From the IMG/VR virus record IMGVR_UViG_3300042975_000100, positions 1-64,000 of that record: a stretch of 64,000 nt of DNA; one strand, 5' to 3'. This DNA is from a virus. Its lineage: Duplodnaviria > Caudoviricetes. Of this stretch, positions 9,501-18,864 are shown one piece after another. Below the pieces are notes generated by a model, which saw only the letters and a program-made list of their open reading frames with translations, was not told the origin of the DNA and ran no database searches. Made by a program: the position numbers and the translations under genes. Positions within the stretch are counted from its first letter, which is position 1. The number at the start of each line of letters is the position of its first letter.

Positions 9501-11388
9501 TATGATACTCTTTATCTCCATACTTGCGGAAGTATTTGGAAGTTCTAAGGATATAGTTTTCGATATGCTTACGTTCGCAGAAGAAATGCATGAGTAAAGT
9601 AAAGTCAATGCACGTTCCAAGCTTCGTTCTCAATATATCATCAGGCCAATAGAAATGTATTCCTTTGCTACGGTCTTTAGCATTAAACTCTTTAGGCCAA
9701 TCACACTGATTTACCTTAACCCAATTAAGAACGTCGGTTGGAGATTGCATGTCCTTACAGAAGGCATCGAAGCTAGTATACTTCTTTTTGTATCTATCAA
9801 TACCAGATTCATTGATGGTAGACTCTCCAAATATTCCTTTTATAGATTTGAGTATGCTGCTCAACTTGATTTTATCTAGTTTAGAAAGAACCTCATCGAG
9901 CCACGTAATCTTATCAGTATGGCATTCTTTATTCACCTTAGCAAGCATATCCCAAATTTCAGGTATACGTTTAACTATCTCTGCTTGGGTGGCATACCTA
10001 TCATTATAATAATCATCATATACATTCAGATTTTCTTTTTGTATACGAGAAAACACCTTTTTAGCATGATACTTTCCAGGCATCAGTTTTAAGAAAAGAG
10101 AAGTGATGTAGAAATAATACTTTTTATATGCCGCTTCTGCTTCTTCGTATGAGCCAAATGGTCCCTGGAGTGAACCTTCATTGTTAGCACGATAATTAAA
10201 GATATAGACTCCAGAATCTTTTATTTTGTATAGGCATACTATATGACCTAAATACTTAGTATCTTTATCATTAGTCGCTATAGTTCCTATATACAGCATT
10301 CTATTTTCTATGCTATTACGATTACAAAGCAGACGCATAAAGATGGCATGATCGAAGCAAATTCCAGCATGATTTTTGATTATTTCATCAGGCCAAGCTA
10401 CGATAACATCATCTTCATTCGTACTATGAATGGCTAATCTTCTTTTTACCCTCTCATCTTGCGTAAACCATCTGATATTATTTACGTTATACCAGTCATT
10501 CAATTCACTAGGAGTTTTGATAGATTTACATAAATCATTAAACCCAGAATACCTTTTGGTAAACTTACTACCTACAGTTTCATCAATACAAGTCTCTTGC
10601 AGCATATCTACTTCTTCATTGACATTGATGATGACCTTCTTATTCTCTTCGCTATCATCAATCATCTGAGCTTTCAATTCTGCTACGATACCAAGCAGCT
10701 GGCTGAAATCGTTATCAGTCAATCTAAGGTAGTTGAATTTACCCATATTGGTAATCATCTGCTCTTTGGCTAACTGCTTCTCTCTATAAGAAATCATCTC
10801 ACGATTGTTAGGATTACTTCCTCCATCCTTAACTTCAATAACAAGATTGAATGGGATAAGAAGGATATCGGTAATCCACTTCAGTTTCTTCCCTTTGTAG
10901 ATATATTCTATCGTAGGCCCAGGAGAGAGAATATCAGTGCTTTTGAATCCCATCACTTTATCCATGAATTCAAGAGCCTTCTCTTCGTATTTACCAGTAA
11001 ATACATGATATCCACCATCAGTGAATTTATACTTACCAGATATACGTCTGTTAGCCAGCATCTTTTCTTGCTGCTCTGGGTCATCAAGAAGAGTAGTCTT
11101 GCCATGTACTCTAAGCATATTCTTCTTATAAGCATCTCGCAAAGCTTTCTGGCACTGTGGTCTACCACAGAGCCGATCATATTTGCAAGCGGTTTCGTTC
11201 CATTTCGTTGGTCTCTTGCATACGACGCAAGTACCATGATCTTTATGATTGATAGTGTTGAATACTATCTGATTTGCCGTCATACCTTTTGGAATGCATT
11301 CCTCATGCTCTTCCTCAATATGAGATCCTAAGTTTTCTCTAGTAGCTCTATAGCTGCAAAAGGGACACTTATACGTTTTCGTACTCAT
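6562..11388 (-). CDS. 1608-aa polyprotein: C2H2 finger + PD-(D/E)xK nuclease, three transglutaminase-like domains, unknown domain, Nudix hydrolase, C-terminal domain
   Basis: CPFC...HIEEEH; TDILLIPFNLVIEVKDG; GICFDH...GHIVC...YIFNY; GTCIDF...QHFMC...YVFNY; GICWDY...THTWV...VVESSW; Nudix-box-like KLPGGGLDKGRALDEQAEAECNEEALV. Confidence 0.8.
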   Translation of the reverse strand: MSTKTYKCPFCSYRATRENLGSHIEEEHEECIPKGMTANQIVFNTINHKDHGTCVVCKRPTKWNETACKYDRLCGRPQCQKALRDAYKKNMLRVHGKTTLLDDPEQQEKMLANRRISGKYKFTDGGYHVFTGKYEEKALEFMDKVMGFKSTDILSPGPTIEYIYKGKKLKWITDILLIPFNLVIEVKDGGSNPNNREMISYREKQLAKEQMITNMGKFNYLRLTDNDFSQLLGIVAELKAQMIDDSEENKKVIINVNEEVDMLQETCIDETVGSKFTKRYSGFNDLCKSIKTPSELNDWYNVNNIRWFTQDERVKRRLAIHSTNEDDVIVAWPDEIIKNHAGICFDHAIFMRLLCNRNSIENRMLYIGTIATNDKDTKYLGHIVCLYKIKDSGVYIFNYRANNEGSLQGPFGSYEEAEAAYKKYYFYITSLFLKLMPGKYHAKKVFSRIQKENLNVYDDYYNDRYATQAEIVKRIPEIWDMLAKVNKECHTDKITWLDEVLSKLDKIKLSSILKSIKGIFGESTINESGIDRYKKKYTSFDAFCKDMQSPTDVLNWVKVNQCDWPKEFNAKDRSKGIHFYWPDDILRTKLGTCIDFTLLMHFFCERKHIENYILRTSKYFRKYGDKEYHMFQHFMCIYKEKDGLYYVFNYQGKRSYGMKGPYSKPEDVRNEQLKMMKKHVMSVKNIIGKASDNDLCDIKYFAAIQDTKEYPIYDKFYGDKKIFRDDMMFKSKYMPSLICKYDSPNPEMHNDMYDNLKEKLTHLPKSIKAKLIYAASDWFNRTNDSMMESGELDDSVSTYEGESTNLSPIYYNYRGDNNMVLENAKPVKGPKELVRLYNNLEANFSYEERDDYFKDYKTKSPAEFEKLGYGICWDYADYEAKYLEKMGYKNTTADLSNGKYSLYYHQFNSDDGVNPTHTWVACMKGNKVYVVESSWYSFKGVHCFDNEQDMIAVYVSKLNEEKMPNLLMKYKPSRKFGLTTVKYMNHIYDTGTIVIDNVGMQESVSTYEGEYHSTDPNYESLIESVGVEHKERINYFISPKSEGAEILLANLACAGKDRFKEWFDPSEKFFSIIGKATASFYEKAGKEYEFLIIFNPKDTDADKRYNANQLCNYIQSMATGNGLVDTMRDKLFTYSGIMHIKMAKDLWLSYLILFGEDEIEKIFLVAYNMDTEWMELIPMPVPPMNTYRDSIAMEANLVPIPKPKDIKYIKSAEGIDNPYIMYDNKQYRVRVETLIFDKHGDVLVEMQDPKNLNKYGTNYKLPGGGLDKGRALDEQAEAECNEEALVVTKNRSYTGMTYFQNYEGKYPEWQKKKLWPLGLKYEGSLTFIFVAEYDKKFTGHIEDVDKDDFYQKAKYVGVDTIDWRAEHEEAIDFYFNHRDAIREGVDMDLNEFAGPGGMTPAPDLSYVTQYGPVHRDTGTGIMDMNVEGYAVSNDILTKNILTQDKSGMVKKENTEEFLKGRKLRVFQFRSDPEGLRIIENAIGTVQPRGFIYEALTGKKLLSDDQILCDESCTEVSPIDIGSEATSYLQTVAEQLKSIKGKKDHEFPLTNPHMIKEADAITEGLKDVVVMENQYGVYAKNAKTGMRTAYYQRIKDIPAKVVAKKNVKH
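8360..9003. repeat. 20-bp exact direct repeat (TCTCCTTCATAAGTAGATAC at 8360-8379 and 8984-9003) flanking the third transglutaminase module
   Basis: Read directly from the sequence; both copies lie in SVSTYEGE on the minus strand. Confidence 0.9.
8932..8970 (-). promoter_or_regulatory. Intragenic early promoter, hairpin-occluded RBS and in-frame ATG
   Basis: Minus strand reads TCACC-TATATATTAT-AATTATA-GAGGTGA-TAATAAT-ATG (ATG at 8934, in frame with the polyprotein). TCACCT pairs with AGGTGA. Confidence 0.7.
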
Positions 11389-11465
11389 TGTTGGAATCCT
11401 CCCTTGTAAGTTTACTAGTATGTCAGATAGGCCTAATTTGACATATCCAGTAAGGAGATGATATC

Positions 11466-12107
11466 ATGAAAATTACAGGACAGGTAGTTGGAAATATACG
11501 AAGCGTTAAAGATATGTTAGGAAATTGGGTTGATGGGAAATGTAGTGCTTTATCCGGGCATGACTTCTATGAATCCCAAGTTGGTAAGTTTGGTAATAAA
11601 TGCTTAGAGTTTAAAGGGAATGGTGAAATAGATATAACGATCCCTCCAATATGGGGGGGTGGAATGATGGCTTGGTGGATCTGTCCAAAAATTATAAATA
11701 AGTTTGGGATATGGTGTACCTATAATAATTATATATTTTTGTCAGATATGCCGGTTGGAAGAATATATTCATTTCACACAACTGGGTGGAATGATTTTAA
11801 CGGTACAATAGCAGCGAATACCTGGCATCATATGTGCGTTTCGTATGACTATGGAGGAACTGTATACGTTTATTTAGATGGTGCAGTTTTAGGAACTTGT
11901 GCAAAGTGGAATAATGGTAATACAGTTATCAGAATAGGTTGTGGAATGGATAATGCTGTTCCATTTACAGGTTTGATAGACGATTTTATAGTCATAAAGA
12001 ACCAGACCATAACCTCCAACTATGATATTCCTACTGATTATCTTGTAAATGTTAATGTCGGATATGCTGCACTGCTGCATAATAGTATAATAAGCGGTTA
12101 TAAGTAA
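11466..12107 (+). CDS. LamG/concanavalin A-like domain protein (possible receptor-binding or tail accessory)
   Basis: GKFGNKCLEF...NTWHHMCVSY...VYVYLDG...IRIG...FTGLIDDFIV is the typical LamG-like pattern. Confidence 0.75.
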   Translation: MKITGQVVGNIRSVKDMLGNWVDGKCSALSGHDFYESQVGKFGNKCLEFKGNGEIDITIPPIWGGGMMAWWICPKIINKFGIWCTYNNYIFLSDMPVGRIYSFHTTGWNDFNGTIAANTWHHMCVSYDYGGTVYVYLDGAVLGTCAKWNNGNTVIRIGCGMDNAVPFTGLIDDFIVIKNQTITSNYDIPTDYLVNVNVGYAALLHNSIISGYK

Positions 12108-12160
12108 TTGCGTATAAATTAACAACTCAAACTTTATTAGTAATAAATGGAGGTAATCAT

Positions 12161-12538
12161 ATGGCTATAACTACTGTTACTAAGATAACAGAGCATACTC
12201 TTAGTATCAATGAATTCAACAAGCCAAAGGTACTAACTAATGAAGCGGCTATCGCTCAAAAGCTGATAGAAATCGCTTTGCTAAATCCAGGAACATATCC
12301 TACTAGGCCTGACATGGGTTTAGGCTTGGTAAGAAACTATCGTTATCAATCTGACACTGATGTCGAAAAGATGAAAGAAGAGTATAAGAGTCAGATAGAG
12401 ACATATCTCCCAACGTTAACTGACGTTGAGATCGATATAAAAGTAGTTGGCAAAGAGCTTAGATTCTTTGTCAAGATAGATGGGACAATGTTCCGTCTTA
12501 TCTTAAATACAGACACAAAAACATTGATGTCATTATAA
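12161..12538 (+). CDS. Baseplate wedge subunit, gp25-like
   Basis: LLNPGTYPTRPDMGLGL...QIETYLP fits the GPW/gp25 motif. Confidence 0.7.
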   Translation: MAITTVTKITEHTLSINEFNKPKVLTNEAAIAQKLIEIALLNPGTYPTRPDMGLGLVRNYRYQSDTDVEKMKEEYKSQIETYLPTLTDVEIDIKVVGKELRFFVKIDGTMFRLILNTDTKTLMSL

Positions 12539-12554
12539 TGGAGGTAGAAACAGA

Positions 12555-14340
12555 ATGTCGAAATCTAAGAGAAAAATTAATCTTAATGACTTGAGTAAGG
12601 CTCAGACCACTTCCGTTGCAGCTGCAGCTGAGCCGGAAGTTAAAACGGTTGAAGTTGCACAGCCCACTCAGAAAATCACCCCAGAGCTGGATGCAGATAC
12701 CCGTGCAAAGCGTCAGGCTGCAGCCGATGCTGAACCGGTATTTGTAAAGAATCTTGAGGAAGTTGCAAAACCAGCTCCGAAACTTGTAGCTCCGGAAGTG
12801 CGTAATATGGCCAATCTTATGTCTCGTACAGATGATGCCATTGAGCGTGTAAAGCGGGATCAGAAAGAAAACGTCATGAAACCGCTCAAAGAAAAGCTCA
12901 TCAAGGAAATCGAAAAGAAATCCACTGAGCAGAATGAAAAAGATCTGGCTGCTGTAAGAACAGAAAGCGGTAAAGACGCTCTGACCGCTGCACTCGATGT
13001 TGATAACAGTGAAGAGGATGCTCTCCTCGCAGAGGCTACAGCACTTCCTGCACAGGGCATTCGTGAACGAACTCAGCAATACGAAGATGGATCTGGCCGC
13101 TCCGGTTGAAGAGGACGATGAAATGAAATCCCTGCTTCGTGAAATCGACGAAGATGATGACGAAGAAGAGGAAGAGAAGGTTACAGAAGACCTTTCTAAA
13201 CTCACTGACGAAGAGCAGAAGATCGCTGACGAATGGGAAAAGAAAGCAATCACTACATATCGTGAGTCTCTGAAGAAGAAACTCGTTACGAGTGGTCGTG
13301 TCGAGAAAGAGAATGGCGAACTTAAGATCGCTAAGGCTCCTATCTCTGTAAGCCGTGCCTCTCGCAATGCAAATACTGCAATTGCTCATACGGCTTCTTT
13401 CCCGCTCATCCATACTGGTCGTATGATCACTATGCAGTCTCTGACTGGTGATGAGATTCCGACTCTCGATGCTCGTAGCTATAACAGCGATATGGAAGCT
13501 GCTCGTGCTATGTATTCGCTGATGTATAAGAAAGATGTATCTCCGAATAAGCCATCAACCTTTGAGGTATGGCTGAAGAGCATCTGTGATTGGGATATCT
13601 TCAATCTTTACATGTGCCTTTACATTGCTACATTCAAAGATAGCAATTACATCTCTTACACCTGCCCTGAGTGTCACAACATGTTTGTCACTGAGCAGCC
13701 GATCGAAGCTATGTATCGCAAGCATCCGGATTCTACTAAGGATTTTGATACTCGCATTGAAGCTATCAAAACAAAGGGAGACAATGCAGTACCTTCCGTA
13801 CTGAAGTCTAACCTCGTTCAGATCTCTCGGAAGTTTGCTATTGGTCTGCGTGCTCCAAGCATCTTCTCTTCTACTTTTGAGACTGCAGCTCTTGATGTTG
13901 CATTCCGTCGTAAGCATATCCAGTGTGTAAATCTGGCACAGTATGTTGATGGTGTGTATACTATCGATAATGGTATTGCTACGCCGATCAACTTCAAAGT
14001 GGATCAGCATAATACGTCGAAGACTGTTAAGATGAAGATTGTTTCTCTTGAGAGAATCATTTCCACTCTTACGACCGATGAAGCTGCAGCATTGTCTGGT
14101 ACTATCGCTTCCTTCAATCAGAAGGCAAACGATCGTTACCAGTTCGTCATCCCTGCAACTGATTGCCATGGTACTTTTGGTCCTTATAAGGATGCAGAAG
14201 GCAAATCTATGAATGGAAAGGAATGTCACTACAAGATTCCGGAGATCGTTCAGGATCGTGGCAACGAGGTGACTCCTTTGGACCTCCTTTTTACGCGTCA
14301 CAGGCTCACACAGTTCGCCTTCTACGAGACAGAATTATGA
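12555..14340 (+). CDS. Baseplate hub/assembly protein (T4 gp26-like C-terminal part); one gene broken by a +1 frameshift near 13089
   Basis: Removing one G of GG at 13089-13090 joins 12555..13109 to 12997..14340 (…QQYEDDLAAPVEE…). D-x-x-x-L...YTCPECHN zinc knuckle and LRAPS are typical of gp26-like proteins. Confidence 0.55.
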
Positions 14341-14525
14341 TGTTAGCCGATTGGTTCGGTACGGGCTTTGATATTCTTAAAGCCCCTACTGTTCCTTACG
14401 GCTATCTTCAATATCTATTTTTTAGATACAGTGTTGAAGCTAAAGAAAAAGAGCTTCGGCAAATGCGGGAAGCAGCCGCACAAGCGAATGCAATGAACGG
14501 AAATCGTGGAAGGAGGGCAATGTAG
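14337..14525 (+). CDS. Small protein coupled to the hub gene (possible gp51-like assembly factor)
   Basis: ATGA overlap with the upstream stop; 62 aa MMLADWFGTGFDILK... Confidence 0.55.
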   Translation: MMLADWFGTGFDILKAPTVPYGYLQYLFFRYSVEAKEKELRQMREAAAQANAMNGNRGRRAM

Positions 14526-14848
14526 TGACATTTGAACAGTTTACGATGGCTGTTAATTATCCAAATAGAGAACAGCAATTTTATAAATACTATGATTCAC
14601 ATCTTGCCCTATTCAAATTGATGTGCCAATATATGGATGAAAAGTCCGGAATGGATATTGGTATTCGTGATACTGGTAAAAGATGCAAATATATTATCAC
14701 TTTGCAGTCTGGTAGGCCTGGTAATCTAATTGATCTTGCTAATAGATTACAGGGTTCTACTGTATCATCAGCTGTAGATGATAACACTATATGGGTTGGA
14801 AAGACATCCTTGAAAGATCCTAACGTACTTGAAGTTAGTTTTAATTAA
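14525..14848 (+). CDS. Hypothetical protein
   Basis: GTG start overlapping the previous stop; AGGAGG-like RBS. Confidence 0.7.
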   Translation: MTFEQFTMAVNYPNREQQFYKYYDSHLALFKLMCQYMDEKSGMDIGIRDTGKRCKYIITLQSGRPGNLIDLANRLQGSTVSSAVDDNTIWVGKTSLKDPNVLEVSFN

Positions 14849-14860
14849 AGTATATAAGTT

Positions 14861-14894
14861 ATATTCCCTCTACCTATAATGGGTAGAGGGATAT
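14861..14894. repeat. Dispersed palindrome family (copy 2)
   Basis: ATATTCCCTCTACC-tataatg-GGTAGAGGGATAT. Confidence 0.8.
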
Positions 14895-15088
14895 ACTTTG
14901 TAACAAGTTAAAACTTACACTACAGATAGATAGGGGAAGCATATACAACCAGCAGCAACAATACTATGCTTGGTTTGTCGTTATAAGAGAAGGAATATAG
15001 CTAATGGTAATGAATAATAATATTGCGTATATAAGAGAAAGAGGAATGGTTTGTTGGAAATCTATCAGAGGAATTCGATAATGGCGCT

Positions 15089-15415
15089 ATGCTAACTATG
15101 TTTATTAGATCAGATCAATTCGATCTTGGATTCACCAAAAATGCTATTTATGACTTTGGATCTATTTTAGTAGAATTAGCTAATAGAGACCTTGATCTTG
15201 ATTCATTATTAGGAAGAAGATGGAATTTAGAAAAAGCCTTAACAGAAAATGGCTTAGGGTTTGGTAAAGAAATGAGATTTCTATATGATAGACCTATACG
15301 TATAGAAAAAGATTTTGATGAACTGACTTGCATCAAGCAGTTAGTTATCCAATTTGGTGAGTGGCTTATGGACAATTATGATTCAGAAGAATTAAGTGTA
15401 TTCTATAAAAATTAA
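15089..15415 (+). CDS. Hypothetical protein (true start may be 15004 if there is a +1 error near 15033)
   Basis: 108-aa ORF; the frame is open back to 15035, and an RBS plus ATG at 15004 lie in the adjacent frame. Confidence 0.6.
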   Translation: MLTMFIRSDQFDLGFTKNAIYDFGSILVELANRDLDLDSLLGRRWNLEKALTENGLGFGKEMRFLYDRPIRIEKDFDELTCIKQLVIQFGEWLMDNYDSEELSVFYKN

Positions 15416-15419
15416 TATT

Positions 15420-16009
15420 AGAGGTATCCATTACGGATACCTCTAAATTTTTTGTAAAAGTTCAATATTTCGATTATATATTATATCAGTGATAGAGATA
15501 GAAGCAAGTAACAATTCAGCTACTTGCAATTATTAAAAAGGAGGTCTTTATCATGACAAAAGATATATATAATAAAGTTAACCTGGTAAGCATCGTTGGT
15601 ATCATTGATGGTACAATTAATATCGTTAATGAATCCATGGAATGTACAATTTTTGTACATTCTACCAAATTGGATTTGGCTTTTACTAAAGGCAAAATGA
15701 TCCTTCTTGGACAGAGTATCCGGGATGCGGCAATAACTTGTCTTGAAGCATTGAAAGATGATGAAGACATCAACGTAGTAAAATACATATTCAATGCTGT
15801 ACCGATGCTTGAACAGTATAAAGGTTTAATCAATCTTTCTATTGACATTAAAGCTCAGTGTGGTACTTACCAAAAAGGAACATCTAGAGATTATGCAAGA
15901 GCATGGCAGTGTGTAGGTAATGAGATTGCAGCACTAGCAGATGAAAATTTCCTTAAAGTATTCTACAAGTAATGCAAGAAATAGAGAGGTATCCATTACG
16001 GATACCTCT
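15420..16009. repeat. 25-bp exact direct repeat of a terminator palindrome (15420-15444 and 15985-16009)
   Basis: AGAGGTATCCATTACGGATACCTCT occurs twice, bracketing promoter 15477 and gene 15553..15972. Confidence 0.9.
15553..15972 (+). CDS. Hypothetical early protein
   Basis: AAGGAGGT RBS, TATATTAT at 15477, terminator downstream. Confidence 0.8.
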   Translation: MTKDIYNKVNLVSIVGIIDGTINIVNESMECTIFVHSTKLDLAFTKGKMILLGQSIRDAAITCLEALKDDEDINVVKYIFNAVPMLEQYKGLINLSIDIKAQCGTYQKGTSRDYARAWQCVGNEIAALADENFLKVFYK

Positions 16010-16018
16010 TTATTTTTT

Positions 16019-18077
16019 TTAGAATTTAGGCATTGAGAACTTATTCTCATCTGTTGGTAATGATAATGTAAGAGCATACAATGCATCGATACCTTCATTA
16101 GTAGTACACATTATATTCTTACCAGAAAGAGAAATGAAGTGCCGCTTAGAGTTAAGCTGGTCTTCAAGTTCTTTATTGGCTTCTGTGCTATATACAGACT
16201 TACATGAAACCTGATCGCCATCCGTTTGTCGACTATATTATTGCTACTAGAATCTTTTAATCATATACTCTATTGGAATAGTATATAGATTCTAATACCT
16301 ACCTACTCTTTTGCTTGCGCTACTCTACTCGCTTCGTGTATCATCTGATACCTTATTTTCATCTTAAAAGATTTAGCTTTCGATAGTCTGTGAACCTTCA
16401 TCCTTTACAGGACGCTTGGCTGCGTTTGATGAGTCTCTCATAACTATTTTACCATACCGATTCTGTTACTAATCGCCACTATGTATCTATTACTAGCATA
16501 GCTTGGTTGAAATGAGATTTTAACGTATTCTGTGATACGTGACCTTCCCCGTCAGTTAAGTAGGTTTTTGGTAACGAAGACTACAATGACGATAGTTTAT
16601 AGTCTCCGCCAATAGATCCAAGATAGATATTACTAATACCTAATGTATCAATAAACAAGTTGGTAGTATTGCTATTGATCAATTCTTTTGTAATGTATGG
16701 ATAGTTCTTATAGAACGTTCCATTCACTACCATTGGTTCTGTACGCTTAGTAGAATATACGTTTACTTTTGTAGGGAACTGGTTGAAGCAACTATCGATA
16801 GGATATCTGGTAACCAGAATCATCTTGTCCTTAGTTACTTCTTTAGCTGCCATAAACAAAAGATCACACCATGTAAGAATACGTTCTTGTAATGGGAATT
16901 TGTTTATGTCAGAGTCTTTTGCCGTAAACTCTTCTTCTGTACACTGATGACCTTTGAAAATCATATTCGTAAACTTAATAGTTTCTCCATGGTACTTGAA
17001 TGGTTCTACTGGAACCTCTATAGGACGTAACCGCCCTGCATAGCCATGGATAAATCTATCGATTTCTTCTTTTAGCACTTCATCTGAAAATGAGATCAGC
17101 GGGTCTTTTACCTTAGCAGCAACAACTTCATTTCCATTTCTTGAGAATGGAACACTGCCCATATCAGAGAACTGATTCTGAAAGAAGTTTCTTAACCAGA
17201 ATATGATATACGGAAAGAAGTTAGCACATACAGCCGCTAATGGAACAGCACTATGATCTACATCAACCATCATATCATCGATATTCTCTACCTTCAGATT
17301 AGGAGCAGATAATACTAGTCGAGCAGACATATCTGTCGTCTTGCTAGTAGCAGCTCTATTGATGATACCCTGCTTACCAGTTATCTCACTAGTAATCCAA
17401 TCAAAGATTGAAACCAGTATGTCCTGTATACGGGCAGCCACCGTGGTAGAAAGGCTAATTCCGTATTCAGCACTCTCCTCAAGTGACTTAGTTGCTACGA
17501 TTAGAGAGGTGTAAAGCTTGTTTATATCTCCAACGCCAAGTCCATGGTATGCATCTTCAGCACTATTTACATCTCGATAGTATGCAGGAAGAATGATAAA
17601 ATCTTTTATCCACATACGATCACCGAATCGCTTCAGGAACTTGATATTGTATTCTCTAGATTCAGCACCGGTGGATTTGAACTTAAGAGAGTCATATACC
17701 TTCTTGAAGAATTTTATTCCGCATTCTCCATTTTCTTCATCTTCTACAAGTTCTCCACCTTTAACGACAAATTTCTTTGTTCCGTGAATACATGCAGAGA
17801 TTTTTCCATCAAGCTTACAGAGAATCTTATAAAATAATGGAGACAAGAATGGAGTATTCCCAAGTGCTACATATGCAAATGTATTAGAACGATCATACTG
17901 CGTAATACCAAAGATTTCATGAGAAAGCAAACCTTCTGGATTAGCCTGCATCCCACTACCATTCTTGCTAAAGATGATAGGAGATGTAACCTGCTGCAAT
18001 TTGTTGACTTTAACAAAATGGTCAGTTCTGAGAGGCTTTACATTCAGATATCTATTCTTTTTTTCTTTCTTTATCAT
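16019..18077 (-). CDS. rpoC: Multisubunit RNA polymerase beta-prime N-terminal/catalytic subunit (probably virion RNAP), spliced: exon 1 18077-16599, exon 2 16222-16019, 560 aa
   Basis: GLLSHEIFG, ILPAYYRD, SARLVLSAP, TRYP. Splicing restores GGDY|DGDQV (the NADFDGD equivalent). Late motif at 18101-18112. Confidence 0.9.
16223..16598 (-). ncRNA. Group I self-splicing intron, 376 nt, no homing endonuclease ORF
   Basis: P1: exon GGCGGAGACUAU pairs with GUAGUCUUCGUU, U-G at the splice site. P10: AUCGUCAUU with exon 2 GAUGGCGAU. Core elements AACUGACGGGGAAG, GCAGCCAAG, UCACAGACUA, AAUAUAGUC. Terminal G at 16223. Confidence 0.92.
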
Positions 18078-18169
18078 TAGTGACTCAGCTCCTTTACTAT
18101 TACCTCGATGTTTCCAAAGCACGTAATTACGGTTAAAACTATTAAGTAAACCATAAAGGAGGTAATAAT

Positions 18170-18721
18170 ATGGGACAGATTTTAGGTGTAGATATTTCTG
18201 AGAACAATGATCTGTGTCTGGAAGATTTTCAGGCAATGGTCAATGCTGGCGTAGAATTTGTAGTCATTCGTTCTTCGTATGGTCTGCATAGCGCCGACAG
18301 CCGTTTCAAAGAATATTGTGGCTATGCCGATCAGGTTGGTTTGCGTAAGCAGGCTTATCATTATTCTTATGGCCATAATGCGGAAGAGGTTGCTCAGGAA
18401 GCTGAGAACTGCCGTAAGGTTATTGAGGATGCTGGTGTTTCCCTGGAAATGGTATGGTATGATTGTGAGGAAGCTCGTCTTCGCGGCTGGGCTACTGAAG
18501 CATGCAAAACCTTCCTGGACAACATCAAGCTGCATTGCGGAGTTTATGCTTCGCTGAGCTGGTTCCCTGACGAGATCGACTATGAGTCGCTCGGCTGCTC
18601 TATCTGGGTAGCACAGTACAACCGCACTTGCGACCTTAAAGGTTACATGTGGCAGTTCACCGATGCCTTTGAGATCAATGGCAAAGGGTTCGATGGAGAT
18701 TACATCTTCACCGAAGACTAA
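18170..18721 (+). CDS. GH25 muramidase (endolysin-like, catalytic domain only)
   Basis: GVDISENN, VEFVVIRSSYG, AYHYSY, WYDCEE (DxE), WVAQY, WQFTD, FDGD. Confidence 0.9.
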   Translation: MGQILGVDISENNDLCLEDFQAMVNAGVEFVVIRSSYGLHSADSRFKEYCGYADQVGLRKQAYHYSYGHNAEEVAQEAENCRKVIEDAGVSLEMVWYDCEEARLRGWATEACKTFLDNIKLHCGVYASLSWFPDEIDYESLGCSIWVAQYNRTCDLKGYMWQFTDAFEINGKGFDGDYIFTED

Positions 18722-18742
18722 GAGAAAATTTAAGCAAATTAT

Positions 18743-18773
18743 CGAGAATGCCATTTTGGCATTCTCGGTTTTT
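18743..18773 (+). terminator. Intrinsic terminator
   Basis: CGAGAATGCCA-ttt-TGGCATTCTCG followed by a T-run. Confidence 0.8.
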
Positions 18774-18864
18774 TGTGTTATATATTATAATTATGGAGTG
18801 GTGAAAATGCATCATCACTAAATAACTATATTCAGGTACAAGTCGTACCAAGGGAGGTCTCTTA

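Noticed and set aside
14900-15000. Possible third minus-strand small RNA sharing UAUAUGCUUC with the 54.9-kb RNA
   Set aside because: No minus-strand promoter motif was found, and a 10-nt AT-rich match is too weak alone.
16234-16241. TATATTAT motif inside the RNAP intron
   Set aside because: It coincides with the reverse complement of the conserved intron S element, and no gene lies downstream.
18078-18236. N-terminal extension of the RNAP ORF in the track (start 18236)
   Set aside because: It overlaps the divergent lysin gene; the RBS and late promoter place the start at 18077.
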